In this document: in pieces, positions 15,801-27,248 of the stretch
How positions within the stretch are numbered: position 1 is the first letter of the stretch
How the letters are laid out: each line of letters starts with the position of its first letter
The notes under the pieces: generated by a model
Told to the model about the DNA's origin: nothing
Database searches by the model: none
What the model saw: the letters and a program-made list of their open reading frames with translations, nothing else
Program-made: the position numbers and the translations under genes
Origin: Heterodontus francisci
Lineage: Eukaryota
DNA: 64,000 nt
NCBI RefSeq assembly: GCF_036365525.1
Contig: NC_090378.1
Location: 119,273,593-119,337,592 of the forward strand
Reading direction: 5' to 3'

Positions 15801-16111
15801 TAACTGTGGGATGTTTCAGTACAGGAGGTGGGAATGTGTGTCCATTATTATATATTATATATAACTGTGGGATGTGTCAGTACAGGAAGTGGGAATGTGT
15901 ATCCATTATTATATATTATATATAACTGTGGGATGTGTCAGTACAGGAAGTGGGAATGTGTATCCATTATTATATATTATATATAACTGTGGGATGTTTC
16001 AGTACAGGAGGTGGGAATATGTGTCCATTATTATATATTATATATAACTGTGGGATGTGTCAGTACAGGAAGTGGTAATGTGTATCCATTATTATCTTTC
16101 TTTGGGCCTCC

Positions 16112-16127
16112 TTATCTCGAGAGACAA
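16112..16127 (-). promoter_or_regulatory. Predicted LINE 3' UTR stem-loop UUGUCU-CUCG-AGAUAA (candidate RT recognition element)
   Basis: + strand TTATCT CGAG AGACAA gives a 6-bp stem with one G-U pair and a 4-nt loop, ~16 nt from the element 3' end. 3' stem-loops are known recognition signals in stringent-type LINEs; function here is inferred. Confidence 0.55.
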
Positions 16128-16148
16128 TGGATACGCGCCTGGAGGTGG

Positions 16149-16532
16149 TCAGTGGTTTGTGAAGCAGCGCCTGGAGTGGCTATAAAGGCCAATTCTGGAG
16201 TAACAGGCTCTTCCACAGGTGCTGCAGAGAAATTTGTTTGTTGGGGCTGTTGCACAGTTGGCTCTCCCCTTGCGCCTCTGTCTTTTTTCCTGCCAACTAC
16301 TAAGTCTCTTCGACTCGCCACAATTTAGCCCTGTCTTTATGGCTGCCCGCCAGCTCTGGCGAATGCTGGCAACTGACTCCCACGACTTGTGATCAATGTC
16401 ACACGATTTCATGTCGCGTTTGCAGACGTCTTTATAACGGAGACATGGACGGCCGGTGGGTCTGATACCAGTGGCGAGCTCGCTGTACAATGTGTCTTTG
16501 GGGATCCTGCCATCATCCATGCGGCTCACATG
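16149..16532 (-). pseudogene. C-terminal fragment (127 codons + stop) of the RTE LINE endonuclease/reverse-transcriptase ORF; zinc finger at 16164-16226
   Basis: ORF track 16149..16544(-). The first four residues (MISY) come from filler and satellite, and LINE-like sequence starts at His 16532. No stops or frameshifts. EN and RT catalytic domains are absent. Confidence 0.9.
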
Positions 16533-16542
16533 ATATGATATC
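16533..16542. other. 10-bp filler at the LINE 5' junction (ATATGATATC), copying the first 9 bp of the right flank
   Basis: Sequence reads ...CACATG ATATGATATC ATATGATATATAAC. Removing 16096-16542 restores the empty variant monomer CCATTATTAT|ATATGATATATAAC seen at ~21286-21309. Confidence 0.85.
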
Positions 16543-19500
16543 ATATGATATATAACTGTGGGATGTTTCAGTACAGGAGGTGGGAATGTGTGTCCATTAT
16601 TATATATTATATAGAACTGTGCGATGTGTCAGTACAGGAAGTGGGAATGTGTATCCATTATTATATATTATATACAACTGTGAGATGTTTCAATACAGGA
16701 GGTGGGAATGTGTGTCCATTATTATATATGAAATATAACTGTGGGATGTGTCAGTACAGGAAGTGGGAATGTGTATCCATCATTATATATTATATATAAC
16801 TGTGGGATGTGTCAGTACAGGAAGTGGGAATCTGTATCCATTATTGTATATTATATATAACTGTGGGATGTTTCAGTACAGGAGGTGGGAATGTGTATCC
16901 ATTATTATGTACTATATATAACTGTGGGACGTGTCAGTACAGGAAGTGGGAATGTGTATCCATTATTATATGTAATATATAACTGTGGGATGTGTCAGTA
17001 CAGGAAGTGGGAATGTGTATCCATTATTATATCTTATATATAACTGCGGGATGTGTCAGTACAGGAAGTGGGAATGTGTATCCATTATTATATATTATAT
17101 ATAACTGTGGGACGTGTCAGTACAGGATGTGGGAATGTGTATCCATTATTATATATTATATATAACTGTGGGATGTGTCAGTACAGGAGGTGGGAATGTG
17201 TATCCATTATTATATACTATATATAACTGTGGGACGTGTCAGTACAGGAAGTGGGAATGTGTATCCATTATTATATATTATATATAACTGTGGGATGTGT
17301 CAGTACAGGAAGTGGGAATGTGTATCCATTATTATATATTATATATAACTGTGGGATGTGTCAGTACAGGAAGTGGGAATGTGTATCCATTATTATATAT
17401 TATATATAACTGGGATGTTTCAGTACAGGAGGTGGGAATGTGTGTCCATTATTATATATTATATATAACTGTGGGATGTGTCAGTACAGGAAGTGGGAAT
17501 GTGTATCCATTATTATATATTATATTTAACTGTGGGATGTGTCAATACAGGAGGTGGGAATGTGTATCCATTATTATATATTATATATAACTGTGGGATG
17601 TTTCAGTACAGGAGGTGGGAATGTGTGTCCATTATTATATATTATATATAACTGTGGGATGTGTCAGTACAGGAAGTGGGAATGTGTATCCATTATTATA
17701 TATTATATATAACTGTGGGATGTGTCAGTACAGGAAGTGGGAATGTGTTTCCATTATTATATATTATATATAACTGTGGGATGTTTCAGTACAGGAGGTG
17801 GGAATGTGTGTCCATTATTATATATTATATATAACTGTGGGATGTGTCAGTACAGGAAGTGGGAATGTGTATCCATTATTATATATTATATATAACTGTG
17901 GGATGTGTCAGTACAGGAAGTGGGAATGTGTATCCATTATTATATATTATATATAACTGTGGGATGTTTCAGTACAGGAGGTGGGAATATGTGTCCATTA
18001 TTATATATTATATATAACTGTGGGATGTGTCAGTACAGGAAGTGGGAATGTGTATCCATTATTATATATTATATATAACTGTGGGATGTTTCAGTACAGG
18101 AGGTGGGAATGTGTGTCCATTATTATATATTATATATAACTGTGGGATGTGTCAGTACAGGAAGTGGGAATGTGTATCCATTATTATATATTATATATAA
18201 CTGTGGGATGTTTCAGTACAGGAGGTGGGAATGTGTGTCCATTATTATATATTATATATAACTGTGGGATGTGTCAGTACAGGAAGTGGGAAGGTGTATC
18301 CATTATTATATATTATATATAACTGTGGGATGTGTCAGTACAGGAAGTGGGAATGTGTATCCATTATAATATATTATATATAACTGTGGGATGTTTCAGT
18401 ACAGGAGGTGGGAATGTGTGTCCATTATTATATATTATATATAACTGTGGGATGTGTCAGTACAGGAAGTGGGAATGTGTATCCATTATTATATATTATA
18501 TATAACTGTGGGATGTGTCAGTACAGGAAGTGGGAATGTGTATCCATTATTATATATTATATATAACTGTGGGATGTTTCAGTACAGGAGGTGGGAATAT
18601 GTGTCCATTATTATATATTATATATAACTGTGGGATGTGTCAGTACAGGAAGTGGTAATGTGTATCCATTATTAGATATGATATATAACTGTGGGATGTT
18701 TCAGTACAGGAGGTGGGAATGTGTGTCCATTATTATATATTATAAAGAACTGTGCGATGTGTCAGTACAGGAAGTGGGAATGTGTATCCATTATTATATA
18801 TTATATACAACTGTGGGATGTTTCAATACAGGAGGTGGGAATGTGTGTCCATTATTATATATTATATATAACTGTGGGATGTGTCAGTACAGGAAGTGGG
18901 AATGTGTATCCATCATTATATTTTATATATAACTGTGGGATGTGTCAGTACAGGAAGTGGGAATGTGTATCCATTATTATATATTATATATAACTGTGGG
19001 ATGTTTCAGTACAGGAGGTGGGAATGTGTATCCATTATTATGTACTATATATAACTGTGGGACGTGTCAGTACAGGAAGTGGGAATGTGTATCCATTATT
19101 ATATGTAATATATAACTGTGGGATGTGTCAGTACAGGAAGTGGGAATGTGTATCCATTATTATATCTTATATATAACTGTGGGATGTGTCAGCACAGGAG
19201 TGGGAATGTCTATCCATTATTATATATTATATATAACTGTGGGACGTGTCAGTACAGGATGTAGGAATGTGTATCCATTATTATATATTATATATAACTG
19301 TGGGATGTGTCAGTACAGGAGGTGGGAATGTGTATCCATTATTATATACTATAGAAAACTGTGGGACGTGTCAGTACAGGAAGTGGGAATGTGTATCCAT
19401 TATTATATATTATATATAACTGTGGGATGTGTCAGTACAGGAAGTGGGAATGTGTATCCATTATTATATATTATATATAACTGTGGGATGTGTCAGTACA

Positions 19501-22500
19501 GGAAGTGGGAATGTGTATCCATTATTATATATTATATATAACTGGGATGTTTCAGTACAGGAGGTGGGAATGTGTGTCCATTATTATATATTATATATAA
19601 CTGTGGGATGTGTCAGTACAGGAAGTGGGAATGTGTATCCATTATTATATATTATATTTAACTGTGGGATGTCTCAGTACAGGAAGTGGGAATGTGTATC
19701 CATTATTATATATTATATATAACTGTGGGATGTTTCAGTACAGGAAGTGGGAATGTGTGTCCATTATTATATATTATATATAACTGTGGGATGTGTCAGT
19801 ACAGGAAGTGGGAATGCGTATCCATTATTATATATTATATATAACTGTGGGATGTGTCAGTACAGGAAGTGGGAATGTGTTTCCATTATTATATATTATA
19901 TATAACTGTGGGATGTTTCAGTACAGGAGGTGGGAATGTGTGTCCATTATTATATATTATATATAACTGTGGGATGTGTCAGTACAGGAAGTGGGAATGT
20001 GTATCCATTATTATATATTATATATAACTGTGGGATGTGTCAGTACAGGAAGTGGGAATGTGTATCCATTATTATATATTATATATAACTGTGGGATGTT
20101 TCAGTACAGGAGGTGGGAATATGTGTCCATTATTATATATTATATATAACTGTGGGATGTGTCAGTACAGGAAGTGGGAATGTGTATCCATTATTATATA
20201 TTATATATAACTGTGGGATGTTTCAGTACAGGAGGTGGGAATGTGTGTCCATTATTATATATTATATATAACTGTGCGATGTGTCAGTACAGGAAGTGGG
20301 AATGTGTATCCATTATTATATATTATATATAACTGTGGGATGTTTCAATACAGGAGGTGGGAATGTGTGTCCATTATTATATATTATATATAACTGTGGG
20401 ATGTGTCAGTACAGGAAGTGGGAATGTGTATCCATCATTATATATTATATATAACTGTGGGATGTGTCAGTACAGGAAGTGGGAATGTGTATCCATTATT
20501 ATATATTATATATAACTGTGGGATGTTTCAGTACAGGAGGTGGGAATGTGTGTCCATTATTATATATTATATATAACTGTGGGATGTGTCAGTACAGGAA
20601 GTGGGAATGTGTATCCATTATTATATATTATATATAACTGTGGGATGTTTCAGTACAGGAGGTGGGAATGTGTGTCCATTATTATATATTATATATAACT
20701 GTGGGATGTGTCAGTACAGGAAGTGGGAATGTGTATCCATTATTATATATTATATATAACTGTGGGATGTGTCAGTACAGGAAGTGGGAATGTGTATCCA
20801 TTATTATATATTATATATAACTGTGGGATGTTTCAGTACAGGAGGTGGGAATGTGTGTCCATTATTATATATTATATATAACTGTGGGATGTGTCAGTAC
20901 AGGAAGTGGGAATGTGTATCCATTATTATATATTATATATAACTGTGGGATGTGTCAGTACAGGAAGTGGGAATGTGTATCCATTATAATATATTATATA
21001 TAACTGTGGGATGTTTCAGTACAGGAGGTGGGAATGTGTGTCCATTATTATATATTATATATAACTGTGGGATGTGTCAGTACAGGAAGTGGGAATGTGT
21101 ATCCATTATTATATATTATATATAACTGTGGGATGTGTCAGTACAGGAAGTGGGAATGTGTATCCACTATTATATATTATATATAACTGTGGGATGTTTC
21201 AGTACAGGAGGTGGGAATATGTGTCCATTATTATATATTATAGATAACTGTGGGATGTGTCAGTACAGGAAGTGGTAATGTGTATCCATTATTATATATG
21301 ATATATAACTGTGGAATGTTTCAGTACAGGAGGTGGGAATGTGTGTCCATTATTATATATTATATAGAACTGTGCAATGTGTCAGTACAGGAAGTGGGAA
21401 TGTGTATCCATTATTATATATTATATATAACTGTGGGATGTTTCAATACAGGAGGTGGGAATGTGTGTCCATTATTATATATTATATATAACTGTGATAT
21501 GTGTCAGTGCAGGAAGTGGGAATGTGTATCCATTATTATATATTATATATAACTGTGGGATGTTTCAGTACAGGAGGTGGGACTGTGTATCCATTATTAT
21601 AAACTATATATAACTGTGGGACGTGTCAGTACAGGAAGTGGGAATGTGTATCCATCATTATATATTATATATAACTGTGGGATGTGTCAGTACAGGAAGT
21701 GGGAATGTGTATCCATTATTATATATTATATATAACTGTGGGATGTTTCAGTACAGGAGGTGGGAATGTGTGTCCATTATTATATATTATATATAACTGT
21801 GGGATGTTTCAGTACAGGAGGTGGGAATGTGTATCCATCATTATATATTATATATAACTGTGGGATGTGTCAGTACAGGAAGTGGGAATGTGTATCCATT
21901 ATTATATATTATATATAACTGTGGGATGTTTCAGTACAGGAGGTGGGAATGTGTGTCCATTATTATATATTATATATAACTGTGGGATGTGTCAGTACCG
22001 GAAGTGGGAATGTGTATCCATTATTATATATTATATATAACTGTGGGATGTGTCAGTACAGGAGGTGGGAATGTGTGTCCATTATTATATATTATATATA
22101 ACTGTGGGATGTGTCAGTACAGGAAGTGGGAATGTGTATCCATTATTATATATTATATTTAACTGTGGGATGTGTCAGTACAGGAAGTGGGAATGTGTAT
22201 CCATTATTATATATTATATATAACTGTGGGATGTTTCAGTACAGGAGGTGGGAATGTGTGTCCATTATTATATATTATATATAACTGTGGGATGTGTCAG
22301 TACAGGAAGTGGGAATGTGTATCCATTATTATATATTATATATAACTGTGGGATGTGTCAGTACAGGAAGTGGGAATGTGTTTCCATTATTATATATTAT
22401 ATATAACTGTGGGATGTTTCAGTACAGGAAGTGGGAATGTGTATCCATCATTATATATTATATATAACTGTGGGATGTGTCAGTACAGGAAGTGGGAATG

Positions 22501-25500
22501 TGTATCCATTATTATATATTATATATAACTGTGGGATGTTTCAGTACAGGAGGTGGGAATGTGTATCCATTATTATGTACTATATATAACTGTGGGACGT
22601 GTCAGTACAGGAAGTGGGAATGTGTATCCATTATTATAAGTAATATATAACTGTGGGATGTGTCAGTACAGGAAGTGGGAATGTGTATCCATTATTATAT
22701 CTTATATATAACTGTGGGATGTGTCAGTACAGGAAGTGGGAATGTGTATCCATTATTATATATTATATATAACTGTGGGACGTGTCAGTACAGGATGTGG
22801 GAATGTGTATCCATTATTATATATTATATATAACTGTGGGATGTGTCAGTACAGGAGGTGGGAATGTGTATCCATTATTATATACTATATATAACTGTGG
22901 GACGTGTCAGTACAGGAAGTGGGAATGTGTATCCATTATTATATATTATATATAACTGTGGGATGTGTCAGTACAGGAAGTGGGAATGTGTATCCATTAT
23001 TATATATTATATATAACTGTGGGATGTGTCAGTACAGGAGGTGGGAATGTGTGTCCATTATTATATATTATATATAACTGTGGGATGTGTCAGTACAGGA
23101 AGTGGGAATGTGTATCCATTATTATATATTATATATAACTGTGGGATGTGTCAGTACAGGAAGTGGGAATGTGTATCCATTATTATATATTATATATAAC
23201 TGTGGGATGTGTCAGTACAGGAAGTGGGAATGTGTATCCATTATTATATATTATATATAACTGGGATGTTTCAGTACAGGAGGTGGGAATGTGTGTCCAT
23301 TATTATATATTATATATAACTGTGGGATGTGTCAGTACAGGAAGTGGGAATGTGTATCCATTATTATATATTATATTTAACTGTGGGATGTGTCAGTACA
23401 GGAAGTGGGAATGTGTATCCATTATTATATATTATATATAACTGTGGGATGTTTCAGTACAGGAGGTGGGAATGTGTGTCCATTATTATATATTATATAT
23501 AACTGTGGGATGTGTCAGTACAGGAAGTGGGAATGTGTATCCATTATTATATATTATATATAACTGTGGGATGTGTCAGTACAGGAAGTGGGAATGTGTT
23601 TCCATTATTATATATTATATATAACTGTGGGATGTTTCAGTACAGGAGGTGGGAATGTGTGTCCATTATTATATATTATATATAACTGTGGGATGTGTCA
23701 GTACAGGAAGTGGGAATGTGTATCCATTATTATATATTATATATAACTGTGGGATGTGTCAGTACAGGAAGTGGGAATGTGTATCCATTATTATATATTA
23801 TATATAACTGTGGGATGTTTCAGTACAGGAGGTGGGAATATGTGTCCATTATTATATATTATATATAACTGTGGGATGTGTCAGTACAGGAAGTGGGAAT
23901 GTGTATCCATTATTATATATTATATATAACTGTGGGATGTTTCAGTACAGGAGGTGGGAATGTGTGTCCATTATTATATATTATATATAACTGTGCGATG
24001 TGTCAGTACAGGAAGTGGGAATGTGTATCCATTATTATATATTATATATAACTGTGGGATGTTTCAATACAGGAGGTGGGAATGTGTGTCCATTATTATA
24101 TATTATATATAACTGTGGGATGTGTCAGTACAGGAAGTGGGAATGTGTATCCATCATTATATATTATATATAACTGTGGGATGTGTCAGTACAGGAAGTG
24201 GGAATGTGTATCCATTATTATATATTATATGTAACTGTGGGATGTTTCAGTACAGGAGGTGGGAATGTGTGTCCATTATTATATATTATATATAACTGTG
24301 GGATGTGTCAGTACAGGTAGTGGGAATGTGTATCCATTATTATATATTATATATAACTGTGGGATGTTTCAGTACAGGAGGTGGGAATGTGTGTCCATTA
24401 TTATATATTATATATAACTGTGGGATGTGTCAGTACAGGAAGTGGGAATGTGTATCCATTATTATATATTATATATAACTGTGGGATGTGTCAGTACAGG
24501 AAGTGGGAATGTGTATCCATTATTATATATTATATATAACTGTGGGATGTTTCAGTACAGGAGGTGGGAATGTGTGTCCATTATTATATATTATATATAA
24601 CTGTGGGATGTGTCAGTACAGGAAGTGGGAATGTGTATCCATTATAATATATTATATATAACTGTGGGATGTGTCAGTACAGGAAGTGGGAATGTGTATC
24701 CATTATAATATATTATATATAACTGTGGGATGTTTCAGTACAGGAGGTGGGAATGTGTGTCCATTATTATATATTATATATAACTGTGGGATGTGTCAGT
24801 ACAGGAAGTGGGAATGTGTATCCATTATTATATATTATATATAACTGTGGGATGTGTCAGTACAGGAAGTGGGAATGTGTATCCATTATTATATATTATA
24901 TATAACTGTGGGATGTTTCAGTACAGGAGGTGGGAATGTGTGTCCATTATTATATATTACATAGAACTGTGCGATGTGTCAGTACAGGAAGTGGGAATGT
25001 GTATCCATTATTATATGTAATATATAACTGTGGGATGTGTCAGTACAGGAAGTGGGAATGTGTATCCATTATTATATCTTATATATAACTGTGGGATGTG
25101 TCAGTACAGGAAGTGGGAATGTCTATCCATTATTATATATTATATATAACTGTGGGACGTGTCAGTACAGGATGTGGGAATGTGTATCCATTATTATATA
25201 TTATATATAACTGTGGGATGTGTCAGTACAGGAGGTGGGAATGTGTATCCATTATTATATACTATATATAACTGTGGGACGTGTCAGTACAGGAAGTGGG
25301 AATGTGTATCCATTATTATATATTATATATAACTGTGGGATGTGTCAGTACAGGAAGTGGGAATGTGTATCCATTATTATATATTATATATAACTGGGAT
25401 GTTTCAGTACAGGAGGTGGGAATGTGTGTCCTTTATTATATATTATATATAACTGTGGGATGTGTCAGTACAGGAAGTGGGAATGTGTATCCATTATTAT

Positions 25501-27248
25501 ATATTATATTTAACTGTGGGATGTGTCAGTACAGGAAGTGGGAATGTGTATCCATTATTATATATTATATATAACTGTGGGATGTTTCAGTACAGGAGGT
25601 GGGAATGTGTGTCCATTATTATATATTATATATAACTGTGGGATGTGTCAGTACAGGAAGTGGGAATGTGTATCCATTATTATATATTATATATAACTGT
25701 GGGATGTGTCAGTACAGGAAGTGGGAATGTGTTTCCATTATTATATATTATATATAACTGTGGGATGTTTCAGTACAGGAGGTGGGAATGTGTGTCCATT
25801 ATTATATATTATATATAACTGTGGGATGTGTCAGTACAGGAAGTGGGAATGTGTATCCATTATTATATATTATATATAACTGTGGGATGTGTCAGTACAG
25901 GAAGTGGGAATGTGTATCCATTATTATATATTATATATAACTGTGGGATGTTTCAGTACAGGAGGTGGGAATATGTGTCCATTATTATATATTATATATA
26001 ACTGTGGGATGTGTCAGTACAGGAAGTGGTAATGTGTATCCATTATTATATATGATATATAACTGTGGGATGTTTCAGTACAGGAGGTGGGAATGTGTGT
26101 CCATTATTATATATTATATATAACTGTGCGATGTGTCAGTACAGGAAGTGGGAATGTGTATCCATTATTATATATTATATATAACTGTGGGATGTTTCAA
26201 TACAGGAGGTGGGAATGTGTGTCCATTATTATATATTATATATAACTGTGGGACGTGTCAGTACAGGATGTGGGAATGTGTATCCATTATTATATATTAT
26301 ATATAACTGTGGGATGTGTCAGTACAGGAGGTGGGAATGTGTATCCATTATTATATATTATATATAACTGTGGGATGTGTCAGTACAGGAAGTGGGAATG
26401 TGTATCCATTATTATATATTATATATAACTGTGGGATGTGTCAGTACAGGAAGTGGGAATGTGTATCCATTATTATATATTATATATAACTGTGGGATGT
26501 TTCAGTACAGGAGGTGGGAATATGTGTCCATTATTATATATTATATATAACTGTGGGATGTGTCAGTACAGGAAGTGGGAATGTGTATCCATTATTATGT
26601 ACTATATATAACTGTGGGACGTGTCAGTACAGGAAGTGGGAATGTGTATCCATTATTATATGTAATATATAACTGTGGGATGTGTCAGTACAGGAAGTGG
26701 GAATGTGTATCCATTATTATATCTTATATATAACTGTGGGATGTGTCAGTACAGGAAGTGGGAATGTCTATCCATTATTATATATTATATATAACTGTGG
26801 GACGTGTCAGTACAGGATGTGGGAATGTGTATCCATTATTATATATTATATATAACTGTGGGATGTGTCAGTACAGGAGGTGGGAATGTGTATCCATTAT
26901 TATATACTATATATAACTGTGGGACGTGTCAGTACAGGAAGTGGGAATGTGTATCCATTATTATATATTATATATAACTGTGGGATGTGTCAGTACAGGA
27001 AGTGGGAATGTGTATCCATTATTATATATTATATATAACTGGGATGTTTCAGTACAGGAGGTGGGAATGTGTGTCCTTTATTATATATTATATATAACTG
27101 TGGGATGTGTCAGTACAGGAAGTGGGAATGTGTATCCATTATTATATATTATATTTAACTGTGGGATGTGTCAGTACAGGAAGTGGGAATGTGTATCCAT
27201 TATTATATATTATATATAACTGTGGGATGTTTCAGTACAGGAGGTGGG

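Larger units (their letters stand above)
1..16095. repeat. 61-bp tandem satellite array, left arm (continues beyond window start)
   Basis: AACTGTGGGA recurs every 61 bp, all copies in the same orientation, with rare 59/60/62-bp monomers. Each monomer has a G/T-rich 40-bp part and a 21-bp pure A/T tract. Confidence 0.99.
16096..16532 (-). mobile_element. 5'-truncated non-LTR retrotransposon (LINE, RTE clade), 3' terminal ~437 bp, antisense to the satellite + strand
   Basis: Minus strand encodes HVSRMDDGRIPKDTLYSEL..GRPCLRYKDVCKRDMK..W....R..WR, the typical post-RT region of RTE-type LINEs (normally preceded by RWLG). This is followed by a C-x2-C-x12-H-x3-C finger, TGA, a ~53-nt 3' UTR and an AAAGAAAG(A) tail. 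Composition is unlike the satellite. Left boundary is ambiguous by 1 bp (16095/16096). Confidence 0.93.

Noticed and set aside
16011-16328. 105-aa + strand ORF and 69-aa alternative-frame - strand ORF over the insertion
   Set aside because: Antisense and off-frame readings of the LINE fragment; only the 16149-16532 frame has recognisable motifs.
16533-16544. Start codon making the LINE fragment a 131-aa zinc-finger gene
   Set aside because: The ATG is created by the filler/satellite junction. There is no evidence of a promoter or expression, so it is treated as incidental.
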